Below, piece by piece: positions 54,909 through 64,000 of a stretch of DNA of 64,000 nucleotides. A program made the position numbers and the translations under genes. How positions within the stretch are numbered: position 1 is the stretch's first letter; every line of letters starts with the position of its first letter. This DNA comes from Tubulanus polymorphus. Lineage: Eukaryota > Animalia > Nemertea. Where the stretch lies: the NCBI RefSeq assembly GCF_964204645.1, contig NC_134025.1, positions 1,612,001 through 1,676,000 of the forward strand, in the 5' to 3' direction. The notes below the pieces were generated by a model that was not told the origin of the DNA, did not search any database, and saw only the letters and a program-made list of their open reading frames with translations.

Positions 54909-55973
54909 ATGGCAGCGATACGACCAGGATCATGTGATGATCAGTATCATCATAAACTGAGATATCATATGAAATTAGATTTTTACGCCGACGTCGAATC
55001 ATTTCAACCTGGAAATATGACCAAATACGTTTCTACCGAAGAAAGTAAGAAGTCGTTCGTTGTATGTTCATATCGGGGAAGATCTCAATTCATGGTACTG
55101 GCGAGGTTACCCGGTAGCGCTCGATTGGTGAATGTTAAAAACGGATATTCGAGTAAAGTGATTTGGTTCAATGAAACCGGATGTATGGCGTCTTGCGATG
55201 ATGTACCTCTGGGGGCATTAGCGTGCGGTTTAGACGGCAGTCTTTACGTATTTTCGGTGTCCAGTCTACATCGCTTCGAGGAACCTGGCGAAGTTCATCG
55301 AACAACCGTCGATTTACGGCACATCATCGGAAGCCATGAAAGTCCATCAGCGGGTACCAATTATAGATTGACCTACCCGTACTGTCAGTCAGTCGACATA
55401 GTGGGTAAAACCATCTACATGCAGTACGGAGACTGGGTTTACACGATGAGTCTTACTGATGACGACAGAATTGTCGCGAAAGAAACTAAAACAGAGTTTC
55501 AACTACCGGAATTATCTAAATGTCAGATTAAAGTGAATTCGAAACACGTCATATTTTTCTACGCGAGGCTTTCCAGTGAATTGTGTATGATATCGAGAAC
55601 GGGTGAAATCATCGATACAGTTGATATGAAAGATATTCTTCGATCGTACGGTATTCGTTCGCACGGTTTCACGGACAGAATCGTCGCCTTTATCGATATC
55701 GTCGATGAAGCGAATATCTTAGTGTCGTTTCATTCGTCGGCGATGAGAAAAGGTCTGATCGTACACGTGCAATGTAATTCTAAACGATTCGTCGGTAGTC
55801 CGATCACCGTGTTACACTCCGCTCATAAACAAATACATGACGTGTGCGCTTTGAACGATTATGTTGTGGCGATAAGTTACAATTGGAAAGAATCGTCACT
55901 AGAATGGTTCGAGATTTCGAAAAAGCCGATCACCAAGAAAGCTGCAGTAGCGGAACGCGAAGCCGTGAAATAG
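54909..55973 (+). CDS. Uncharacterised intronless protein (354 aa from ATG 54909), possibly a beta-propeller (NHL-like)
   Basis: 1065-nt open frame in AT-rich DNA with coding-like composition; repeated short beta-strand-like segments such as GALACGLDGSLYVFS, SVDIVGKTIYM and DIVDEANILVS. No TM or signal peptide seen. The fold is inference. Confidence 0.7.
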   Translation: MAAIRPGSCDDQYHHKLRYHMKLDFYADVESFQPGNMTKYVSTEESKKSFVVCSYRGRSQFMVLARLPGSARLVNVKNGYSSKVIWFNETGCMASCDDVPLGALACGLDGSLYVFSVSSLHRFEEPGEVHRTTVDLRHIIGSHESPSAGTNYRLTYPYCQSVDIVGKTIYMQYGDWVYTMSLTDDDRIVAKETKTEFQLPELSKCQIKVNSKHVIFFYARLSSELCMISRTGEIIDTVDMKDILRSYGIRSHGFTDRIVAFIDIVDEANILVSFHSSAMRKGLIVHVQCNSKRFVGSPITVLHSAHKQIHDVCALNDYVVAISYNWKESSLEWFEISKKPITKKAAVAEREAVK

Positions 55974-56683
55974 TAACATGGAGTTCCTGGAACTAACCAC
56001 GGGGAGGCGCTGATGGTCCCATTTGTAAATGTATTTACATAAATACATACAACCAATAACAACAGAACATGCTTATCATTACATGCATATCATATTTTGG
56101 AATCTATATTGGAATCTAGATATTTATACGTTATATAAGAATATAAACTGTATTAAAAGTTGTATCGTGTTGACGGATTGTAGTGGATTATGAAAACGTC
56201 TCTTCATTTCCACTTGTTTTCGCAGTTCTAATTCAAAGATATCAAATAAAACCTGTTTACATATTTACATATAAACGTTTTGGAAACATTGAAAATTCGA
56301 TGGAAATATCATATCTTCATCTTACCTTTAAATTTGTCTTTTTCAAAATATATTACACAATCTCTTGCGACCATTCCATTCACCCTCGTTTAGACAATAT
56401 ATTTTCAATTTGAATAAGTTGAAGAAAAAACAATGATTGTGTTTAGAAATAAAACTTGTTTTGATGTAAGACGAGACAAATTCCCTGAATATATAATACA
56501 AAAAAACCCTCAATATCTATTCACTCGAATATTCAATTTTCAATGAGTCTTTTTATTATGAAATAATGATTTATATTTCGCTGACATCTTGATTTAACAA
56601 CAAAAGATCAACTTAATCAATGAGCGCCAAAAAATATCAAACGTTAGAATGTCATTTAATTCTCAGCTTAAACCCACAATTAT

Positions 56684-56687
<4 letters not shown>

Positions 56688-56751
<64 letters not shown>

Positions 56752-56764
56752 ATATATATATATA
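56688..56764. repeat. (TA)n microsatellite
   Basis: ~38 TA units with two interruptions, ~175 bp upstream of the GPCR copy B ATG. Confidence 0.95.
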
Positions 56765-56937
56765 CATCGCTCAAATCATTTATTGTGTATGTGGTCGATT
56801 TAGTATCAATGTATGATTATTCACGCTAGAATTTCCGCCGCGATATAACGTAACGATCGAATTCTTCTCGCAGAGGTCAGAAAAAACTGAGAAAAAAATA
56901 ATCATGCTCGCAGACGATCAGTACATCTCGGTTCAGT

Positions 56938-57912
56938 ATGCAATTTGTAAATGGATCCACGAATAGTCGTATTACTAATACGTATCTTTACGCATTCGTG
57001 GTTCTGTTTCCAGTAGATCCTCCTCATTGGATCGTGAAGACTGTATATCTGTACGGGTTTTCAGTAGTATTTGTAGCTGGTATGACCGGTAACGTTATGT
57101 CTATACTGGTAATGCGTTCTCGCAGGTTTCGACACCGTTCCTACTCTTATTACATGGTGGCATTAGCTGTTTGCGACTCTGGGATTCTGGTCATGCATCT
57201 ATTAGCCTGGATTAACTGTCTGACATCGGAACTACTCGCTGGAAAAATATACATCTTATTCGCCAGTCAATTTGAATGTAGTTTTATGGAATATCTATAC
57301 GATGCAGCTATAACCGTAGAACCGGCGTTTATTTGTACTCTGACATTCGAACGATTGGTTGTAATCTATTCTCCGATTAAAGGCAAAACGATAACAACAG
57401 CGAGAACGGCGAAAATAATGGTCGTTTTTATTGTGATATTCTCATTTTTGTTGTCGTCATTTTTACCGTACTATCTCACTTACAGCCACGAACTCGGATG
57501 TCATCATATCGATGAATTCAGTAGAATCGTCGATTATTTAAGAGGCGTCATCGTGTTCATGTATATTCCTATATTACTGGTATTCGTGTTTAACCTACTA
57601 ATCATCATATCTCTGAAAAGAGCCGGGAAATCCGTAGCTACAAATTCTAAATCGACCGCAAATTCGGCGAAAATAACTCAGACTATTCTCGCGATTTCGT
57701 TCACTTTCGCGATTTGTCTACTTCCGACGGCGTCGATGATAGCTATAACTAGTGTTAGACCGGATTGGCAGGAAACCCTGGCAATTCCTCTAGAACTCTC
57801 CAAAATGATCTACACTATCAATAACGCTATCAATTTTTACATTTACGCCTGTACTGGTAAAGAAATCAGGGAAGCGGTTATTGTTTTGTTTACTAAAACC
57901 AAAGATGTTTAA
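56938..57912 (+). CDS. Intronless class A GPCR, copy B (324 aa, 316/324 identical to copy A)
   Basis: Same motifs as copy A; eight substitutions (N>D, L>V, I>M, I>V, V>I, T>S, M>T, V>I). Confidence 0.9.
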   Translation: MQFVNGSTNSRITNTYLYAFVVLFPVDPPHWIVKTVYLYGFSVVFVAGMTGNVMSILVMRSRRFRHRSYSYYMVALAVCDSGILVMHLLAWINCLTSELLAGKIYILFASQFECSFMEYLYDAAITVEPAFICTLTFERLVVIYSPIKGKTITTARTAKIMVVFIVIFSFLLSSFLPYYLTYSHELGCHHIDEFSRIVDYLRGVIVFMYIPILLVFVFNLLIIISLKRAGKSVATNSKSTANSAKITQTILAISFTFAICLLPTASMIAITSVRPDWQETLAIPLELSKMIYTINNAINFYIYACTGKEIREAVIVLFTKTKDV

Positions 57913-58900
57913 ATCGGCATCTGACGTGATTTGTTTGACACGCGTTTCTTTCGGCTAAACCATTCCAAACCTACCAAACCATTTTATTGAAATACGCCAT
58001 CGACTGGAACTAACCACGGGGAGGCGCTGATGGTGCCATTTGTAAATGTATTTACATAAATACATACAACCAATAACAACAGAACATGCTTATCATTACA
58101 TGCATATCATATTTTGGAATCTATATTGGAATCTAGATATTTATACGTTACATAAGAATATAAGCTGTATTAAAAGTTGTATCGTGTTGACGGATTGTAG
58201 TGGATTATTAAAACGTCTCTTCATTTCCACTAGTTTTCGCAGTTCTAATTCAAAGATATCAAATAAAACCTGTTCACATATTTACATATAAACGTTTTGG
58301 AAACATTGAAAATTCGATCGAAATATCATATCTTCATCTTACCTTTAAATTTGTCTTTTTCAAAATATATTACACAATCTCTTGCGACCATTCCTTTCAC
58401 ACCGACATAGAGAATATTTTGAAATTGAATAAGTTGAAGAAAACAATGATTGTGTCTAGAAATAAAACTTGTTTTGATGTAAGACGAGACAAATTCCCTG
58501 AACATAAAATACAAAAAACCCTCAATATCTATTCACTCGAATATTCAATTTTCAATGAGTCTTTTTATTCTGAAATAATGATTTATATTTTACTGACATT
58601 TTGATTTAACAACAAAAGACTTGTAGAATGTATGGTGATAGAGGAATGTATGCATTTTAAAAGGGTTTCAAAGCAGAGGTACGTACATTTATAAGACGTA
58701 GTGTAACCATTTTCTTACGGACACAAACTTTATTCGATACAACAAATGTACATGGATATATTTTACTAAATCTATCTGAGTCCAAATATATCGAAAATAT
58801 TTTTTTTTATTTCATGAAGCTTTCAAAAACACATATATAAAACTGAGGACGCATTCAGGATATTCAAAACTGACAGTCAGTTTTTTAGTTGTTTAGAGTT

Positions 58901-59992
58901 TTATATATTGTTAACGGAGGTCATAGGTATCGCTGTTACTGTTGTCGAACGGGTTTGATTAGTAGCTGTAAATCCAGCTCGCGGAGTTGGATCTTTACAG
59001 CATAAAATCATTTTCAAACGATCTCGGAACTTTTTGCTTCTCAAACAATACAAATATCCGTTCAATCCGTGACTCAATTTCAGTAAGAAATCGGCTATAA
59101 CGGCAACAGTTTTAGCCACTTCTAGTTTTGTAGTACACGTATCTTTATCTTCGTCGATCGTAAACATGAACACTATATTCATAATTGCAGACGGCAGATT
59201 CAATACCAGAAATACAACGGAGACGATAACTAATGTTTGCGTGATCTCTTTTTCATTTGACTTTGATTTTGAATGTTTAGGCGCATTAGTCGCAGTATCC
59301 ATACTGGATTTGAATTGTTTCGCTCGGTAAATAGCGACGATTATTAACGAATTGTTAATGATGAGAACAGGAATCGGAATATAGGTCTCCATAACTTTGA
59401 TAACTGTCGACCAAATAGAGCTGATAGTTCCGCCCATGACTCCGCACTCTGATCGATTACAATAATCAAACGTGCCCGCTAATCCCAGAGCCGGGCAGGC
59501 CAGATATACCGACGATACGAAGATGATTTCTGTGAATGAAGCCGATATTTTCACCGACAGATATCTGGTCGCTTTCAGAGGGAACATGACGACGAATAAT
59601 CGTTCAGTGGTCATCGCTACAATCAACCAAACCGAGAGAGTATTCGCTAAATACAGTAGAAACTGAGCTATTTTACAAGGCGTCATGTTTGACACGGATA
59701 CAACCGGGGATGAAGAAACCGCTCTTACACATAGATAGAAACTATCGGTTATAACTATAGAGAATATATACCAGGACGATGAATTCTTACGTATCTCGGA
59801 GACGGTGACGACAATGGTTAGAATATTACCGAGAAATGCAAACGGTAATATCGCATAGATGCCGTACTGTTCGAAATTCCTGACGAAACTGATGACACCA
59901 GGGGAACACATGAAATAATTAGCAGACAACGTGCAGAATTCTTCACTATAATAGTAATAATCTGTCGGAGCCGTTGCGTTCATTTCATCCAT
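58901..59992 (-). CDS. Class A GPCR (363 aa), single coding exon, same broad peptide-receptor-like family but divergent
   Basis: Seven TMs; GN, TD, TTERL, FLVLNLP, SHGLNGYLY, helix 8 SKKFRDRL followed by a CC palmitoylation-type site. Probable 5'UTR intron from donor GTAAGT at 61558 to acceptor CTTTCAG at 60269. Confidence 0.9.
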   Translation of the reverse strand: MDEMNATAPTDYYYYSEEFCTLSANYFMCSPGVISFVRNFEQYGIYAILPFAFLGNILTIVVTVSEIRKNSSSWYIFSIVITDSFYLCVRAVSSSPVVSVSNMTPCKIAQFLLYLANTLSVWLIVAMTTERLFVVMFPLKATRYLSVKISASFTEIIFVSSVYLACPALGLAGTFDYCNRSECGVMGGTISSIWSTVIKVMETYIPIPVLIINNSLIIVAIYRAKQFKSSMDTATNAPKHSKSKSNEKEITQTLVIVSVVFLVLNLPSAIMNIVFMFTIDEDKDTCTTKLEVAKTVAVIADFLLKLSHGLNGYLYCLRSKKFRDRLKMILCCKDPTPRAGFTATNQTRSTTVTAIPMTSVNNI

Positions 59993-62900
59993 GTTTAATA
60001 TTTGTCTTTAATTCTCAGGTGTTTTCGCTCTAGATTCAGTTGAGAATTCGATTATGTTTTTCTATTCAGCGCATTGAATGTGACTATGAATACAGAACGT
60101 CCTACGACATTCTCATATTCACCGTTAAACGGAAACCATTCAATCACGGTTTATTTTCGCCCGATATCGAATCTCAAGCTGTTGATCGATTTTTCGCTTA
60201 TATTTCCTGTATTTTAGTAAGAATAGCGCTACGATTCTCCGGTACTCCTGAGATGAGAGATTACAGATCTGAAAGGAAAACACATATCAGATTTATTCAC
60301 GCACAGTAATTTGATATCTCCTATGGAACACACACTTCTGTGAAGGATTTTTGAAGCGCGTTAGGCTCTGGCCCCGGGATTATATTTCCTCTGACACTGG
60401 ATCAGAAAATTAATTGCTCCGGCTTTTATTTATCGGAAGCGTTTTTCATCACAGAATGATCTACAAATGGTTTCTTCAGTACTTATCATAGTTGTTATTT
60501 ACAAAGAACAGATTTGTAGCAATGCATCGAGTGAATCTGCGGTCAACTGTAAACACGTGATCTAGACGATGAAGCGGAACATCTATTCGATCCAATGTCG
60601 TCAACAACAATGAAAAACCTCAGTCGAGTACATCTCAAATCGCCTCAGAGGACGGAGGTTCTTAGATCGAATCCTTGTAGGTCTGACCGTCGGGGTCACC
60701 CTCAGCGCGCGCGTACAACAAACACAATCAAACTCTCAAAGTTGCTGTTTTCATAATGTTCTATTTAAATCAATTTCAGGGAAATAGGTCAATTGCGTTG
60801 TCAATACAATTTCATCCGAGCAGGAAGTGAACAAATATTTTGTTTCAAATTTCGTTCATAACAAGTTGAATAATGAATGCGTGGTGTGTTTTATGAGACG
60901 TGGTATTTTACTGATTTTACCGATGTAAATTGAGTCGGTATTTCTTTCTAGTGGCAGATTTTGTTTGTTTTAGTAATCTTGTTTCAAGGGTCGTCCGTGC
61001 AGACGGTTGTTTGTCGTTAGAGATATGGGTGACGTGATTGAGGAAATTGAAAATCACTCGTGATTGATGATCAATTGTATTTTTATCAGAAAAATCCCAA
61101 ATAACTCACGTTCACAACCTGTAGGCTCAGTTACACAGCTATTTCAGTTCATTTTGATTGAGTCTAACTACCAATAAACCTCATCTAACTCAGAAGTTGC
61201 CAACTCGACTCGGACAAAAATTAAATCATTTTCCGACTCCCGTATTTTCCTATGCTTAACTGTGTATTCAGCTTAACTCGGACAAATGTTACGAGGTTCA
61301 GTGTGTTTAATGCAATCTCGTGAACAGCAATATTGAAATGAAACTTACTCATTCAAGAAATGACGATTTTTCAAAATTCTATACAAAACATTTTAATTGC
61401 ATTTTCTTTTAAGATATAAATTACATATTGTATAGATAACAGTATTAAGAACAAATCACTTCGAATATTTTGTAGTGTTTATTGAATTAGCAATAGATTC
61501 TACAAAGTTGTGTAGACTAAAATTTTATATTCAAAATAAGATCAAAATCAGAACTTACCCGAAGTTTATCAGATTTGTGGAGATCCTATAGTTATAACCT
61601 GCGGATAGATCTATGCTCCGATGAACTGCGCTAAAAACCAGGCGAAGTTTTTTCTGATCTTTCTGTAAAACCGACGACAAAGAGCGATGATTGGACGCGA
61701 TGATGAAATACGTCACGGCTGCTGAGAGCTGTAATACCCGGCGTCCGAGAATACAAGCGACGTCGTTCGCAAATATTTGGTGACGCTGTCCGTCGAGCCG
61801 TAACGTAATAAAGATACTTTTACGTATAAAAACGTTTATTCGACGACCGAAAATTGATGGATGTTGTCGACCTGTATGTGCGGCCTATCCGACGAATGTA
61901 TGTTTGTAATTGCGACGAATAATCGTCGATCATTCGGGGCGCGATGCCAACCGAGGCAAACGAAAAAAAAGTCACTTGATCACTGCGATCCTAATATGAA
62001 TGTTTGTGACGGAAGACATTTGTCCTTCGTAAATTAAAAACAAATACGGCGACCCGTGATATATTGACATTAGCTTGTCAGAAGGAAATCGGCCTCAGAC
62101 AACTTAGCTTTTGTCTAATCGGTAAACACGAACGTTCTATATGTGTTTATTCATGAATTTGATTTAAGTGAAATGTGCTAAAATCAGCAGGATCCAGTTA
62201 CATTAGAATCAATTATAAGACTAGTCGCTGTGCATGAAAGATGCATAATATGAAGATCTCTAACGACGAAAATTTGTTACATCGATGTTTCTGGTAAAAT
62301 TCTTCTATCCAATTTTTAGAGATCTACTTAGGAAAAAATAATTTTTTTTCTAGTCAGGTATCTGAAGATGGATTGAAGTTTTAATCATATCATCATCATG
62401 ATTTCGTTTCGAAAAGCCCAACGTTTTGCTTCATAACTAAAAGAAAATACGTTTCTTAGAAAACGTTTTAGATAATATGTAAAGCCAGGTGATTGAAAAT
62501 CAGTTACTAGGTAACTAATCATAATTTTCTTTTGAGAAACTGGAAAACGATGAATTGTTGATATTTCTTTATTATAGATTCGTTAGAATTGGAAGATACA
62601 CAATTATCGGTTTATCAGATTTCCAATGTTTTCGTCGGTGGAAGTTGTTTTGCAATTTCGCTCTTAATGAATTATTTACGCGACCGATAACTAATTAAGT
62701 TAGCCTATAATAACGTGTTTTTGTAATAACACTCGTAAATCTGTCGTGTTGTCGCGTGGCAGTTTGTTGATTCTAATCTCAACGAAAACAAATTTATCGG
62801 TTACACGACACACGTCATAAAATACATCGCCAGTTCAGTAGATCCTCGTAATAAATTGAAATTGTTATTTGTAATTTTGTTGGCTACGCCCGATTCGGGT

Positions 62901-63108
62901 CATTTAGTAGACGCAAACAAAGCTATCATTTGAGCAGAATATGTTTCGTGGTCATTGTCTGTGATTAGCCAGACACAACGAGCTAGTTTCACAAGAATAC
63001 ACGTATCAACTTGATACGTCGAATAGACCGAGTCTTTCCCTTATTGAAGTGAGTTTTAGAATGTTTGAGAAATTGAGTAGTTGATAATCAAAGTGTACAC
63101 AGAAATAG

Positions 63109-64000
63109 TTTGATTTGAACACTTTATTTTTCAAATATAATTTACAGCATAGTGTACAAAGCATAATACAAAATACAGTAAATTAGACCTGGAGGGGCCT
63201 GTAGAAACTAAGGAATAGTTTGTATAAAACAGGTCCCTCAAAAGAGAAAAGAAAAAAAGAGAAATGCAATAAAGAAAATAATATGCTCACAGTCAACCCT
63301 TAACACACAAAATGCAATCAAAGTAAACTATGATAACAGCTTGATTAAGATATAATCATTTAATAAGCCAGTTATTTTCTGAAATATTCCAAAAACAATA
63401 ATTTTAGTTCGAATAACTGTATGATAAAATCAAGCACAAAGTTGCTTTCTATAATTTCTTAGGAACAGTTTAGAATTTTCCATGTTTTTTAGATTTTCAC
63501 TGATGTTATTCCAAAGTAAAGGGCCGGATACTTTTACTGAAAATTTTCTTCTTAGACTATTGAAAGAAAGTGTTTGTAAATCTTGACGTCGCCGAGTATT
63601 GTGACTGTGGATTTGAAAATTTTGGTTCCAATAATTTTCGAATGATTTCGGTAATTAATTCGGAGTGGACAGATCTGTAGATAAAAGTACCTAGCTGAAG
63701 TTTATTGATATCTTTGAGCTTGAGGATATTATAAGCTTTGAATATAGGGTCAGTGTGCGCCAAATAATAGGAATTAGAAATTAGCCTGATAGCTCTTTTT
63801 TGCAATACAATTAATGGCTGAAGTTTATTTTCAAAATTTCGTCCCCAAACTAAGTTACAATACTGGAGGTAAGGATCAATAAGCGACAAATAAAGGGTAC
63901 GAAGAGAACTCACTGGCAGCTTATGTCTTACTCTATTTATTATACCAATGCTTCGAGAAACTTTTTTTTCAACTGATTTTATTTGATCGTCCCAGGTTAA
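63109..64000 (-). mobile_element. Non-LTR retrotransposon (CR1/L2 group, Crack/Daphne-like) ORF2 3' part and tail; disrupted, runs off the window
   Basis: LYLSLIDPYLQYCNLVWG...LQKRAIRLI...AHTDPIFKAYNILKLKDI; then, after a break in frame, FSVKVSGPLLWN. 3'UTR with AATAAA (63128-63123) and a TCAAA-repeat tail. Confidence 0.85.

Larger units (their letters stand above)
52552..58619 (+). repeat. Tandem segmental duplication: unit A 52552-56607, unit B 56617-58619
   Basis: Both units start TCAATGAGCGCCA...CTCAGCTTAAACCCACAATT and end GATTTAACAACAAAAGA, and both contain the GPCR ORF. B lacks A 54403-55988 and has a (TA)n tract in place of A 52622-53159. Confidence 0.92.

Overview
AT-rich animal genomic DNA with short GT-AG introns, most consistent with an invertebrate bilaterian (probably lophotrochozoan; inference). 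Left to right: (1) the last 19 exons of a single-domain R3-type receptor protein tyrosine phosphatase (+, 56-5714) with four frame-preserving juxtamembrane mini-exons and a WMD variant of the WPD loop; (2) a complete NR4A/HR38 nuclear receptor gene (-, CDS 14591-11027, 631 aa), with a probable ~3 kb 3'UTR and up to four CRE-bearing candidate first exons; (3) ~34 kb upstream of NR4A with no obvious long CDS, carrying many perfect TGACGTCA (CRE) palindromes, CRE+MEF2+kappaB modules, CTCF-like motifs and many small transposon relics. This stretch hides a three-exon minus-strand Pro/Ala/Thr-rich reading frame, missed by the ORF track, whose donor is phase-compatible with the NR4A 5' exon 32 kb away; (4) a tandem duplication of an intronless class A GPCR, in which only copy A keeps an intronless 354-aa possible beta-propeller gene, followed by a third convergent GPCR; (5) a LINE 3' end at the right edge. 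All exon, motif and repeat calls were made by eye, with no transcript or database evidence.
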